This document shows positions 36,304 through 45,755 of a DNA stretch of 64,000 bases, piece after piece. The stretch comes from a virus, in IMG/VR virus record IMGVR_UViG_3300023082_000010, positions 28,421 to 92,420 of that record. One strand, 5' to 3'. A program made the position numbers and the translations under genes. The notes beneath the pieces were generated by a model, which worked only from the letters and a program-made list of their open reading frames with translations, was not told the origin of the DNA and ran no database searches. Each line of letters opens with the position of its first letter. Position 1 is the first letter of the stretch.

Positions 36304-36477
36304 CTATTCATCACGATCAGCATAGTTTTTCTTAAATTTAGTTCCATAATAACTACACCCTTCATGTTGGTACTCCCATCGGAACTTACCTTCAATTACT
36401 TCATCTTCAAAAACATCTTCACAATTACAGTCTTGGTATTCATTGCCACAGGATTGGCAATAATGCAATTCGCCCAT
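36304..36477 (-). CDS. Small Cys-rich protein (57 aa, MGELHYCQSCGNEYQDCNCE...)
   Basis: AAGGAG SD and own promoter; below the ORF-track cutoff. Confidence 0.55.
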   Translation of the reverse strand: MGELHYCQSCGNEYQDCNCEDVFEDEVIEGKFRWEYQHEGCSYYGTKFKKNYADRDE

Positions 36478-36510
36478 TCTGTGGACTCCTTTAATTAATC
36501 TTGTTTATGG

Positions 36511-36539
36511 ATTATCCATTCTTGATAGCTATTTGTCAA
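36511..36539 (-). promoter_or_regulatory. sigma70 promoter
   Basis: TTGACA-17-GATAAT. Confidence 0.65.
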
Positions 36540-36551
36540 CAACTAATTTAA

Positions 36552-36818
36552 CTAATTATCAAATCCCCAATAACTTTCCCAATCATCTTCAGCAAAGCAT
36601 AAGTAAAACCATTGATCCAGATAGCCAGCATACTTACCCTTATAGAACATTACAGGCACATAGCCAAACGTAAGATCATCAATTTTAATCTTATTAACAT
36701 CCCAACCAGCATTCTTACAAACCCAGTTAATCTCTTTTGTATACTGCCTGTTGTCGGCCCATTCTGTAGTGGTATCAGTAATGGGAAGATTTTCTTCATG
36801 GAATTTGTATTTCACCAC
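36552..36818 (-). CDS. Hypothetical protein
   Basis: ORF in a coupled operon, GAGG SD. Confidence 0.6.
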   Translation of the reverse strand: MVKYKFHEENLPITDTTTEWADNRQYTKEINWVCKNAGWDVNKIKIDDLTFGYVPVMFYKGKYAGYLDQWFYLCFAEDDWESYWGFDN

Positions 36819-37048
36819 TTTTCCTCACAATATCCTTTTGGGTTAGTTTTACACCAAGCATTGTATTTAAGAGACATACTTTCATGATCAAAATTAGGTA
36901 GCTCTACAAAAGCTAAGGTCTGGGTACTAAAAGTCCAAAGATTGCATCCTGTACATTCAATATGCCACGATAGGATATCCAAATCCCTTGTAGATGAAAA
37001 TTCAACATCTTCACATAAACATCTGGGACAACGGCTTAATTTAATCAT
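36812..37048 (-). CDS. Zn-ribbon protein (Lar-like)
   Basis: LSRCPRC...IECTGC...W spacing. Confidence 0.5.
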   Translation of the reverse strand: MIKLSRCPRCLCEDVEFSSTRDLDILSWHIECTGCNLWTFSTQTLAFVELPNFDHESMSLKYNAWCKTNPKGYCEEKW

Positions 37049-37105
37049 ACACTCGAATTCTCCTAAATTACTTTTATTTATTGATTAACACCATTTGATA
37101 TGTAT

Positions 37106-37336
37106 TTACCAAGACTTATTTAAAATAATATCTTTATTCTCATTAAGATATCGGATGTAGTCAAGAACTCCTGTCTTACGTTCTTTATCTTTCAGGGGAA
37201 TACCAACCATGCAGCTTCCCTTCTCAAAGTAAATATAATTGCTTATGAAATCATTAAAATCAGGCACAAAACCTTCATAAAATAGCTGCTCAGCTTCCTT
37301 GAAACCATACCACCATGTGTTTGTATCGGTTTTCAT
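37106..37336 (-). CDS. Hypothetical protein
   Basis: ORF overlapping its neighbour by 4 nt. Confidence 0.55.
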   Translation of the reverse strand: MKTDTNTWWYGFKEAEQLFYEGFVPDFNDFISNYIYFEKGSCMVGIPLKDKERKTGVLDYIRYLNENKDIILNKSW

Positions 37337-37542
37337 TTATAAATCTCCGGGATACAAAAATTAACAAAATCAGTATTACTCAACCCTGTGAATCTCCATT
37401 CTTCTAAAGTATCATCAGAAATAGTAATTTTCTCTCCGTCTAGATACCACTCAATATCTTTGATGTCCAGACTATTGATCTGATTACGTTTTGATTGTGC
37501 ATCTAGGATGTCTTCAATATTAAGTTTCATTTTAAACTCCAC
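37333..37542 (-). CDS. Hypothetical protein
   Basis: ORF in a coupled operon. Confidence 0.55.
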   Translation of the reverse strand: MEFKMKLNIEDILDAQSKRNQINSLDIKDIEWYLDGEKITISDDTLEEWRFTGLSNTDFVNFCIPEIYK

Positions 37543-37808
37543 TCTAAAGCTTTAAGTAGTACATCACCGTGACATGCTTGTGGTTTACAGAAACAACCTA
37601 AAACAGCGCCATTCAGTTCATGTAAAGATTCTTTAGTAACTTCCCCAGATTTGATTTGTTCCCAAAGATGGAGTCTATACTTCTCAATAACTTCTTCTCG
37701 AGTGCCATCTTTACCAATGCTGAAAGGGTTGCCCCATTTAGAACCACGACCAATATAGATGTCATAGTCCTCTTTGTATTTGTTAACTACTCTTGTATTA
37801 GGATTCAC
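37527..37808 (-). CDS. DUF4326 domain protein
   Basis: YIGRGSKWGNPF...LGCFCKPQACHGDVL. Confidence 0.85.
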   Translation of the reverse strand: MNPNTRVVNKYKEDYDIYIGRGSKWGNPFSIGKDGTREEVIEKYRLHLWEQIKSGEVTKESLHELNGAVLGCFCKPQACHGDVLLKALEWSLK

Positions 37809-39163
37809 TTCTTATCCACCTTGCAAAATGTGGTATCTCCTAATACTGTTTTCCATGCTGTGAACATGGCCTCTCTCAAATCATCTTCTGCTGATTCCTT
37901 AACCAGCACACTATCATGATAAGACAATACGGCATGACCTTTCTCACCCATTGCACCAACAATGTTCATCATAATCTTACTGTCAATATTTTGAAGCATG
38001 ATACCACCATCGTTAAAGAACATGTCGCGAATAAAGTCATTATGACTCCTTACAGCTTCTAGCACCTTACCATAATCTGTCTTACCAACTAGGGCATAAA
38101 ATTCTTGATCTTCAACCTCCTTCTCTCGATCAAGCTTCACCTTGTTACCAAGTGTCCAAGCTGCACTATTCATATCATCAGAGTTCATACCAATGAGAAT
38201 TCCAAGCTTTGCTAGTGAACGCCTTGGGTTATGCTTTTTACCTGTCAAGTTTTCCCATTGTTCTTTTAGCTTCTCATCCACTTTAACAAATGATAAGTCA
38301 GCATCATAAGGGGAGAACTCACTCCCCATTACATCATAAATACTAAAGCCATCATTGTTATACATCTGTTGGTAGCAGATACTTGGGTGAATAGCTGAGT
38401 AGTCTAGCTCCACTACAGCTTCACCATCAATTCGCAAGGACGAAGCCCTGATGTGTTGTGGAAGAAGCTGAACTCCACCACCAAGCGTGTAAAGTCTGCC
38501 GCCTTTATCCAAATCACCACTGAAGATACGACGATATGCAACATCTGCAATTGGCTTGCCATCAAATGTGATATCTGCACCTTCCAAACTGTTATTCATG
38601 TTCCTCACCTCAGATTTGATATCTTTAAAGCCCTTGTGACCACGGGTGGACATTAATTGTTTTGTCTCACGATTGCGTATAATAGCAAGATCACTTTCTT
38701 CAAGATCCCGCCATAGATTGTAAGACACATCCACCCCTTCCCACATATCTAGTGTTCGCTTACGAAAGATTAGGCATGAGGGGACAACAACATCAGGTTT
38801 TGGTTTACCTTTGATTGTCTTCCAAGATTTAACATACCCTTTGTAAAGATCAATATAACCTTTCTGCTCAAGGAAATCAACTAATGATTTAACCTTCCTG
38901 TATCCAATACCCTGAACAGAGGCAGTATAGCTATTCTTATCCAAGCTAAATACAAATCCATTAGCTTTATGTTTGATAGCACGAGCACTATTGCTGATCC
39001 ACCACCTGACTGCTTCTTCCCATCTTTCTTCTGTATGGTCTAGTACCTGATCTACTATCTTCTTATAGTATTTAGATTCATGATAATAAATATAACTTCG
39101 TACACATCTTAGATTAATAGAATACACTTCTGATTCTTTCATCTTACTTAATTCATAAATCAA
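37805..39163 (-). CDS. wHTH + family-A-polymerase-like palm protein of unknown function
   Basis: N-terminal GYRKVKSLVDFLEQKGYI; RRIF..GGRLY..Q; motif A-like ELDYSAIHP, motif B-like R..AK, LQNIDS, motif C-like YHDS; AGGAGG SD. Confidence 0.65.
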   Translation of the reverse strand: MIYELSKMKESEVYSINLRCVRSYIYYHESKYYKKIVDQVLDHTEERWEEAVRWWISNSARAIKHKANGFVFSLDKNSYTASVQGIGYRKVKSLVDFLEQKGYIDLYKGYVKSWKTIKGKPKPDVVVPSCLIFRKRTLDMWEGVDVSYNLWRDLEESDLAIIRNRETKQLMSTRGHKGFKDIKSEVRNMNNSLEGADITFDGKPIADVAYRRIFSGDLDKGGRLYTLGGGVQLLPQHIRASSLRIDGEAVVELDYSAIHPSICYQQMYNNDGFSIYDVMGSEFSPYDADLSFVKVDEKLKEQWENLTGKKHNPRRSLAKLGILIGMNSDDMNSAAWTLGNKVKLDREKEVEDQEFYALVGKTDYGKVLEAVRSHNDFIRDMFFNDGGIMLQNIDSKIMMNIVGAMGEKGHAVLSYHDSVLVKESAEDDLREAMFTAWKTVLGDTTFCKVDKK

Positions 39164-39253
39164 TTACTCTCCTCCTTCTTGGTGTATGTGTGTGTAGTAG
39201 TAATAGAATGATAGATAAGTACTAGATACATGTATTCCAGTACACAAACTAAG

Positions 39254-39282
39254 CTACAGGCCACGGTTTATATAGGTTTGTA
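39254..39282. repeat. Imperfect palindrome copy C upstream of the polymerase-like gene
   Basis: CTACAGGCCACGG is the exact reverse complement of the right arm of copy A (384..396). Confidence 0.6.
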
Positions 39283-39343
39283 CCCCTTGCTACTCGGTAC
39301 TTTCTCTAAAGTAGACATTACTACCCTCCCAAAGATAAGACAC

Positions 39344-39371
39344 AGAATACCACGCTTTCTCCCCACGTCAA
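39344..39371 (-). promoter_or_regulatory. Leftward sigma70 promoter (divergent pair)
   Basis: TTGACG-16-TATTCT with TG extended -10. Confidence 0.6.
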
Positions 39372-39427
39372 CCCCTTTCTTCACAAATCATCTCCCCTAC
39401 CTTCCTAAAAATATTCTCAAATCCCCC

Positions 39428-39456
39428 TTGCACATTCCACATGCATACCTTACAAT
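39428..39456 (+). promoter_or_regulatory. Rightward sigma70 promoter (divergent pair)
   Basis: TTGCAC-17-TACAAT. Confidence 0.65.
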
Positions 39457-39498
39457 GACTAGACACAAACAGATATGCACATATGTGTGCGGGAGAGA

Positions 39499-39906
39499 AT
39501 GATGATTAAAGGACAAAGGAATCAGCTAGCTAACGTTGGAAATCAATTCCAGACTAAAGTGAAAAAGGTGTTATGTGTCTGCTCTGCTGGGATGCTCAGA
39601 AGTCCAACTCTGGCAAACGTACTTCATAAAGAGTATGGGTTCAATACTAGGGCTGTTGGTGCAGACAAAGAATTTGCACTGATCCTCATTTCACAAGCAT
39701 TGATCTGGTGGGCGGATGAAATTGTATTTGTAAATGGCTCAGCTTACTACAGTCTTGATCAAGAAGAGAAGGACGAAATTGATGATGTTGGTGTTGTCAC
39801 AACTCTTTTAGATATTCAGGATGATTTTGACTGGAATGAAAATGGTTTGAAAAGTCTTCTACTTCATGAGTACAATCGTGTCTGGAATATTAAGGAGGAA
39901 GAATGA
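39499..39906 (+). CDS. Low-molecular-weight protein-tyrosine-phosphatase-like protein
   Basis: KVLCVCSAGMLRS (C-x5-R-S P-loop), WADEIVF, LDIQDD. Confidence 0.75.
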   Translation: MMIKGQRNQLANVGNQFQTKVKKVLCVCSAGMLRSPTLANVLHKEYGFNTRAVGADKEFALILISQALIWWADEIVFVNGSAYYSLDQEEKDEIDDVGVVTTLLDIQDDFDWNENGLKSLLLHEYNRVWNIKEEE

Positions 39907-40109
39907 TGGCTAAATTTATTCCTGTCGTAGAAGGCTACCTTGCTGGCCGTAATTCATCCAGTCTTGAGCTACCAGAATGTCATCTTGACAAGCCAGCAGC
40001 TTTCAAACATGGTTGGTTAAATGGACGAGATGATAGAATCAAATGTCCACGAGACAAGGCTAGCGTATTGCGGGCAAGATATGAATTGATTGAGAGGAAC
40101 ACTAAATGA
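39903..40109 (+). CDS. Small protein, Rmf/CrpP-like motif
   Basis: EGYLAGR...P.C....AFKHGWLNG. Confidence 0.4.
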   Translation: MMAKFIPVVEGYLAGRNSSSLELPECHLDKPAAFKHGWLNGRDDRIKCPRDKASVLRARYELIERNTK

Positions 40110-40291
40110 AAGACCTATTCCTTGCATCAAGCAGCGTCACCAGAAACAGTAAGAACGAAGAAATTCTTAAACAAGAATGCCTATTAGCTTCCAAAGAAGG
40201 AAGATCATTTGAGATTCATGAAACCTATGACTCTACATTAGGTGCTTGGGTAAGTAATTACAAGATTTGGTATTTTGAGGTGAAGAAATGA
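40106..40291 (+). CDS. Hypothetical protein
   Basis: Coupled ORF with GAGG SD. Confidence 0.55.
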   Translation: MKDLFLASSSVTRNSKNEEILKQECLLASKEGRSFEIHETYDSTLGAWVSNYKIWYFEVKK

Positions 40292-40512
40292 AACAATTCT
40301 GGATCACATCCCGAACAATCCTAATCGTACTGAGCATACCTCTGTTACTGACAGGGTTGTCTGCTTGGGCTGTACCAATCTTGTGGGTGCAAGGATCTTC
40401 AGCAGCATTTGAGTTTGCAGGGTTTCTTGTTATATTGTGCATAGTTCTTTGGGGTGGTGTATGGTGGCTGTTGAATGGTTGGTATCAGGAAAGTAAGGGG
40501 ACTAAGAAATGA
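40288..40512 (+). CDS. Small membrane protein (2 TMD)
   Basis: Two hydrophobic segments; coupled ORF. Confidence 0.6.
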   Translation: MKQFWITSRTILIVLSIPLLLTGLSAWAVPILWVQGSSAAFEFAGFLVILCIVLWGGVWWLLNGWYQESKGTKK

Positions 40513-40904
40513 GAACCCTGAAAATTATGTCTGTTATTGTTCTATTCTCACTAGGTTGTTGGGTATGGAATTGGGCAGGAATACGTAATCATGAAGAAAT
40601 GCGTGATGCAGTAATGATTGACACACGATCAGATATGTCTTCGCACAAAGGAACAAAACACTTTAACACTGTAGGAATCTTTCGTGATAAGCTGACGGGT
40701 AAGGTGTTCGGAGATAGTATTAACGATTCACTGTACAGACAGTTTGAGCGTGATGGCAAACCAATTGAATGCCGTTGGCCTTACAGTATTGACAAAGTAG
40801 AACAGACATCTATTGGATTCTTTGCACTGCTGCTGGCATTCTTTCTATGGATAGGTACAGGCTGGTTGTTAGTGTACACTTGTTTTGATTGGAATGAGAA
40901 ATGA
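40509..40904 (+). CDS. Membrane protein (N- and C-terminal TMD)
   Basis: Hydrophobic ends flanking a soluble domain. Confidence 0.6.
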   Translation: MRTLKIMSVIVLFSLGCWVWNWAGIRNHEEMRDAVMIDTRSDMSSHKGTKHFNTVGIFRDKLTGKVFGDSINDSLYRQFERDGKPIECRWPYSIDKVEQTSIGFFALLLAFFLWIGTGWLLVYTCFDWNEK

Positions 40905-41061
40905 AAACCACACCCCTCATCTCCAACGGATGGTTAGCCTTTGTCCAAGCTGTCAAAGATCTGTATCCTGTCAAAGAGCTAGTCAACAAAGACTACAGCA
41001 AAATGATGGACTGGTATGTCGCTGGAAAATCTGCTGAGAATTATGTAAAGGAGAATGTGAA

Positions 41062-41250
41062 ATGACAACGGCGGAAAGTTTTAAATATAGACTACCTAAG
41101 TGTGGAAGGTGTGGTACACAGATTAAAGGCCCAACTGAATCTATATGTGACGTATGCCAAGAAAGTTTGTGGGTTACAGGGGTAGGAGTTTTTGGAGGAG
41201 GTGCTGGAGGCGGATCAGGTGACAAACCTATAGGTGAGGATAAGCAATGA
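41062..41250 (+). CDS. Small Zn-finger protein
   Basis: CGRCG...CDVC; AGGAGA SD. Confidence 0.5.
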   Translation: MTTAESFKYRLPKCGRCGTQIKGPTESICDVCQESLWVTGVGVFGGGAGGGSGDKPIGEDKQ

Positions 41251-41579
41251 ACGTACAACGATTTTCAAAAGAGATTATTAAGATTGGTGACACATTGGTC
41301 GCTTTATCTACAATCTATGCCATTACTCCTGTGTTTCTGTTGGGCGAGCGTGGCTATGGAGATATGTGCTACCAATTCTGTATTAGTACGTGCCTAGGAC
41401 AAGGTGGGAAGGTGAATATTTTGGGATCGACTATACCTTACTGGCAAGCAGACAGCAAAGAATTCACTTGGGGTAAGGAAGATGAGCATCCAATTTACGC
41501 AGATAAGAAAATTGAGCTGCTTGTAGTAAGAGATGAGGTGGTTGAAATTTGGGATAAATATTTGGAGGAGAATAAATGA
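41247..41579 (+). CDS. Hypothetical protein
   Basis: Coupled ORF with SD. Confidence 0.6.
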   Translation: MNVQRFSKEIIKIGDTLVALSTIYAITPVFLLGERGYGDMCYQFCISTCLGQGGKVNILGSTIPYWQADSKEFTWGKEDEHPIYADKKIELLVVRDEVVEIWDKYLEENK

Positions 41580-41785
41580 AGTGGACACAAGAACTTCCAA
41601 AGATATCCGGCTACTATTGGTTTGCTATGAAAAGTGGAGGACAGACTAGCTGTGTGTTTGTTGATCTCAGTTATGTTTTATATGGTGTAGAAATTTGTAT
41701 TGACCTCTCTAAGCGAATATACTGTGTAGAAGAAGATGGTTATTTCTTCTCATCAGGGTCTGTTCAGCCGTTGGAGTGGACATGA
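41576..41785 (+). CDS. Hypothetical phage protein (WT.ELP...GYYW type)
   Basis: GGAGGAG SD; common phage N-terminal motif. Confidence 0.6.
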   Translation: MKWTQELPKISGYYWFAMKSGGQTSCVFVDLSYVLYGVEICIDLSKRIYCVEEDGYFFSSGSVQPLEWT

Positions 41786-42084
41786 AAATCTGTTGTGACA
41801 CAGGAAAAGAAATCAAGACAGATATGGATAGGCTTGGGTGTGGGCATGATAGGTGTACCGGAGCTAAAGAAATGATTGAAGAACCTATTGGTGTTTTATG
41901 TGGTAAGATTCCTGTTGTAGAGAAGCACATCCCTTACTACCTTCAAGACTCATCTCATTCCCACAAATATCATTGGGAAGCATTTGAAGATAGAAATGGG
42001 AATAAGGCTGATTTGAAAGTGGTGGGGTGGGTGACGAAGAAAGGGAAGGATAGGGAGGCTGTTATTGTGGTTAAGTGGAGGTGA
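41776..42084 (+). CDS. Hypothetical protein
   Basis: Coupled ORF. Confidence 0.55.
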   Translation: MDMKICCDTGKEIKTDMDRLGCGHDRCTGAKEMIEEPIGVLCGKIPVVEKHIPYYLQDSSHSHKYHWEAFEDRNGNKADLKVVGWVTKKGKDREAVIVVKWR

Positions 42085-42396
42085 TTTACCCAGCCTTAAA
42101 TACCCACCCTCGGATACCCGCATTTTGCCGATCAAAAGTCTTGTATTGTGGGGGAATACCAGTGTAGAATCAACGAACGCAAAGGGGTCTGTATACCCAT
42201 AGCCACTTTTTGGACTAGGGTTAAAATTACGTAGATATAGTCAGGAGAAAATGATGGGAACTGATAAAATTGAAATTGAAGCAAAACTTTTAGTAAAGAT
42301 TCTTTCTGCACTAAATTGGCATCTTGAACCTGACTCACCAGACTGGACTGAAGAAGCCTTTTTGGAAGGTGAGAAAGTACTTGAAGGTACAGACGA

Positions 42397-42747
42397 ATGA
42401 GCCTACCTAATTTCACCCCGGAAGAACGCCTTATTGCTCAGCAGAAAGCACAGGAGTCAAGAGAAGCTAAGAGGTTGTTTGCTGAGGCTAACTTGAGCCT
42501 TTCATATTCGGACGAACCCTACTGGCGTGAAACCGCTAGTTTGTTGAAGGTGCGTTTGCCACAGAGATATGATGTTGGTCCTAAAGGTATTAAGAAAGTG
42601 GCTAAGGCATTGAAAGTGGATATTAAAGACTACGTTGTAAGCACAGGGTTTGCATCTTTGAAGGATTTGTGCGAAGCTAATCCTAAATGGACATCATTAG
42701 CCCTGTCGGGATTGCTAATCGAGTGGTATGTGGGAGAGAAGAAATGA
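42397..42747 (+). CDS. Hypothetical protein
   Basis: Coupled ORF. Confidence 0.6.
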   Translation: MSLPNFTPEERLIAQQKAQESREAKRLFAEANLSLSYSDEPYWRETASLLKVRLPQRYDVGPKGIKKVAKALKVDIKDYVVSTGFASLKDLCEANPKWTSLALSGLLIEWYVGEKK

Positions 42748-43229
42748 AACAAATGACACCCTTGGTAGAAACAAAGCACTACGCTGTTTGTCCTTGTTGT
42801 GACAAACGCACAAGTAGTATTGACCACTTACTGAATACTGAAATTTCTACTTCTTGGTATTGTGATAGCTGTGGTGAGCGTTATGATATCACTTTCAATA
42901 GTAAGGGTGAGGTGTTCACACAAGCAACCGGAGAACGTGTAAACAAAAACATTGTTTTACTTAAAAATGGTAATGTTGGTCTAATTGTTGAGGGTCTGTA
43001 TTTTTCTGATGCAGAAAGCAACCAAGAATATTATTACAATGAACATACCTGCCCAACAAATTATATGAAAAAGGTATTGGCTGTTATTGATTTGGAGTAT
43101 AATGATTCAGACCCTCATGGAATCTTTGAGTATGTGGCGGCGCTAGATTGGGACAAAGATATTGAAGACTGTAATTATGACTATTCTAATATCATGACTT
43201 TGTTTGAGGAGAAGCAAAATGCTTTCTAA
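42744..43229 (+). CDS. Zn-binding hypothetical protein
   Basis: CPCC, WYCDSCG, YYYNEHTCPTN; GGGAGA SD before ATG 42744. Confidence 0.6.
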   Translation: MKQMTPLVETKHYAVCPCCDKRTSSIDHLLNTEISTSWYCDSCGERYDITFNSKGEVFTQATGERVNKNIVLLKNGNVGLIVEGLYFSDAESNQEYYYNEHTCPTNYMKKVLAVIDLEYNDSDPHGIFEYVAALDWDKDIEDCNYDYSNIMTLFEEKQNAF

Positions 43230-43386
43230 AGTAGAAATGACTAAGATTATATTGCTTCTTGATTCTCTAGGAACAAAAGAGTCCAGTAATGGGTATGGAT
43301 TGCCAACATGGGATGAAAAATGGATGGCTTTGGCACGTGAAGAGATTTATGAATTATTGAATGACGGTGAGGAGCAGAAGAAATGA
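43219..43386 (+). CDS. Hypothetical protein, LD-x10-YGLP family (paralog of 63496..63732)
   Basis: Same motif spacing as 63496..63732. Confidence 0.55.
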   Translation: MLSKVEMTKIILLLDSLGTKESSNGYGLPTWDEKWMALAREEIYELLNDGEEQKK

Positions 43387-43658
43387 AATACCAGTTTGAA
43401 GACTTTTATGGTAGCGGTAGGCTAGTTGCTGAAGATAAATCTTACATCACAATCCCAACTAATGGAATTCTGGTCAAGGTTGGTAATATGACAGGTAAAC
43501 TTTACTCCCTTGTAGATGCTTCCACTCACAACGGTGGGCACGGGATGGGGCAAATGTCATCTTGTCAAGGAGTGATTAGTCCTGCTGATATGAGTTTAGG
43601 GGTGTTGAAACCTTCTTGGGTTGGTCCATTTGATATTGAGGTGCTTGATAATGAGTAA
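43383..43658 (+). CDS. Hypothetical protein
   Basis: Coupled ORF with GAGGAG SD. Confidence 0.55.
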   Translation: MKYQFEDFYGSGRLVAEDKSYITIPTNGILVKVGNMTGKLYSLVDASTHNGGHGMGQMSSCQGVISPADMSLGVLKPSWVGPFDIEVLDNE

Positions 43659-43944
43659 CCTACTACGCAATTCACTACTAGACATGTACAAAAATGATTT
43701 CTATGTCCTAGAACTCCTTGCACAGTGCAATCTGGACACCCTTGAGAACAACTATCTTCGTGAGCTTTATGCAAGGATGCCTAAAGAAGATGTGCTGAAG
43801 GCTCAAGAGATTATTAATAGTGATATTGTAAAGCAATATGATGTAGCAGCAACTGGAGCAGTGCTTGCTTTGACGATGGAGATTAGTAAAGTGCTGGACT
43901 TGGTGCTTTGTATTAACGAAAATGGTTATAAGGGGATTAATTAA
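43651..43944 (+). CDS. Hypothetical protein
   Basis: GAGGT SD before ATG 43651. Confidence 0.55.
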   Translation: MSNLLRNSLLDMYKNDFYVLELLAQCNLDTLENNYLRELYARMPKEDVLKAQEIINSDIVKQYDVAATGAVLALTMEISKVLDLVLCINENGYKGIN

Positions 43945-44276
43945 TGTATATTGAATGGCACTTCGGTGAAGACTTTGGTTTAGAGATTAATGAACACATG
44001 CAATTTAGTTTGTATGATAAGGATGGCAAAGCTACACACTATCAAGCAACTAATGTGCAGACAAATAATAGTGGTATGATCGGTGGTGGTGGTGGGATTA
44101 GTCCCAGCTATACTGGCGGTGTAACTCTTGCTAAAAAGAGTGTTCAGGCACAGAGGATTCAACAACTTAAAGTAGAAACACCAGAAGAGAAAGTTGCTAA
44201 AGAAGCTGTCGAGAAAGCTGAAGAAAGTCTTAAAGCGGCTAAGGACACTTTGAAGGCTGTAAAGGGGATTAATTAA
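43944..44276 (+). CDS. Hypothetical protein with C-terminal coiled coil
   Basis: Coupled ORF. Confidence 0.55.
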   Translation: MYIEWHFGEDFGLEINEHMQFSLYDKDGKATHYQATNVQTNNSGMIGGGGGISPSYTGGVTLAKKSVQAQRIQQLKVETPEEKVAKEAVEKAEESLKAAKDTLKAVKGIN

Positions 44277-44279
44277 ACA

Positions 44280-44308
44280 TTGACAGTGGTGAGAAGTTTT
44301 GGTAGTAT
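44280..44308 (+). promoter_or_regulatory. sigma70-like promoter upstream of phoH
   Basis: TTGACA-17-TAGTAT. Confidence 0.5.
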
Positions 44309-44352
44309 GATTGATGTTGGGCTAATTTATTAATTGAGAAAGAGGTGGTATC

Positions 44353-45159
44353 TTGGGAGCGCGCGAAAGGTCTTTCATCGTAAATGTTGATGGTCAGGAT
44401 ATTCCTGTAAATCGTAAATCCACACGGAAAACACGTAATGGTGGCCTTCCGCAAGAGCAAAAGGAGAAATTTGTACAAGAAGCTGCTGCAAAGATTGAAT
44501 ATATTAAGAAATTTAAACCAACACCTTCACAAGAACAGGCTATTGAGATTGCACGAACTCACACATTGAGCTGGATTGTGGGTGTAAGCGGTAGTGGTAA
44601 GAGTACATGCGTACTTTGGGACTATTGCCAAGAATATCTTCGGGATAACACCAAAAAGATTTATGTTATCAAGGGTGCTACTGAAGTAAGTATGGACAAG
44701 ATTGGATTTCTTCCTAATGGTCTAGATGAGAAGATGTCTGCACATATGGTGGCTAACCGTAAGATTCTTGAAGATTTCTTGGGTGCTGAAAAGGTAGCAG
44801 CGGACTTGAACAAGCGAATCTTCTTGTTGCCGCCAAATTATTTGCTCGGCCAAACGCTAGAGGGACTCATCCTCATTGAGGAGTCACAGCAACTACAGCC
44901 TAATGTTCTGAAATTGATTCTTGAACGAACAGGCTCCAAAGGAAGTCGTGTCTGTGTGGTCGGTGATGCTAGCCAACTCTATACAGATGCAAAAGAATCT
45001 AAGTTGCGTAATGGGCTGACAGATGGTCTTAAACGTTTCTTTAAAGAAGATATGACGTCTAAGTTTTCAGATGTTGGTTATTTTGAATTTAATATTGAAG
45101 ATGTTCAAAGGTCAGAAATTGTGAAGACTATTTTGCGGGCATACTCTGATTATCAATAG
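44353..45159 (+). CDS. phoH: PhoH-family ATPase
   Basis: GVSGSGKS, IGFLPNGLDEKM, LIEESQ, GDASQ, DVQRSEIVK. Confidence 0.9.
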   Translation: MGARERSFIVNVDGQDIPVNRKSTRKTRNGGLPQEQKEKFVQEAAAKIEYIKKFKPTPSQEQAIEIARTHTLSWIVGVSGSGKSTCVLWDYCQEYLRDNTKKIYVIKGATEVSMDKIGFLPNGLDEKMSAHMVANRKILEDFLGAEKVAADLNKRIFLLPPNYLLGQTLEGLILIEESQQLQPNVLKLILERTGSKGSRVCVVGDASQLYTDAKESKLRNGLTDGLKRFFKEDMTSKFSDVGYFEFNIEDVQRSEIVKTILRAYSDYQ

Positions 45160-45167
45160 GAGAGAAT

Positions 45168-45743
45168 ATGGCAGGTTTAGTTCATGGTTGGGGTGTAAAT
45201 GACCTTATAGGAAAGTATGACTGTAATTTTAGCTTGTGTCCTATATACAAAACTTGGAAAAAGATGGTTGGTCGTTGTTATGACCCTAAATACCATGAAA
45301 CACGGCCAACTTATATATTGTGCACAGTTACAGAGGAATGGAAACATTTTTCAAATTTTAAAGCTTGGATGGAAACGAAGAACTATACTGGCATGAGCCT
45401 AGATAAGGACATTTTGTCAGCAGGTAACAAAGAGTATAATTCTTCAACTTGCACTTTTGTACCTAAAGCAATTAACTCTTTCTTTACGTTTGTTAAAACT
45501 AAAGATGGTAATCTTCCTTACGGAGTTAGCTGGTGCGTATCTGAAAACTGTTATAAAGCTTATTGTGCCAAGCTAGACGGTAGAAATAAAACTTTGGGAC
45601 GGTTTAAATCACCAGAAATGGCGGGAGAGGTTTACCGGAAATTTAAAAACTCTCTAGCAGCAAAATTAGCTAAAGAGTATGAAGGTGTTATCGAAGATAA
45701 AGTTGTAAAGGCTTTAGTCAATTTTGATGTATCAAATTACTAA
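45168..45743 (+). CDS. HNH-type (DKD-variant) homing endonuclease with AP2-like tail
   Basis: WKKMVGRCY, VTEEWKHFSNFKAW, LDKDILSAGNKEY..TCTFVP..IN, LGRFKSPEMA. Confidence 0.75.
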   Translation: MAGLVHGWGVNDLIGKYDCNFSLCPIYKTWKKMVGRCYDPKYHETRPTYILCTVTEEWKHFSNFKAWMETKNYTGMSLDKDILSAGNKEYNSSTCTFVPKAINSFFTFVKTKDGNLPYGVSWCVSENCYKAYCAKLDGRNKTLGRFKSPEMAGEVYRKFKNSLAAKLAKEYEGVIEDKVVKALVNFDVSNY

Positions 45744-45755
45744 GAGGAATATACT

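Noticed and set aside
36014-36498. Plus-strand ORFs in the ncRNA block
   Set aside because: No recognisable protein features; opposed by two minus-strand promoters and a better minus-strand 57-aa ORF
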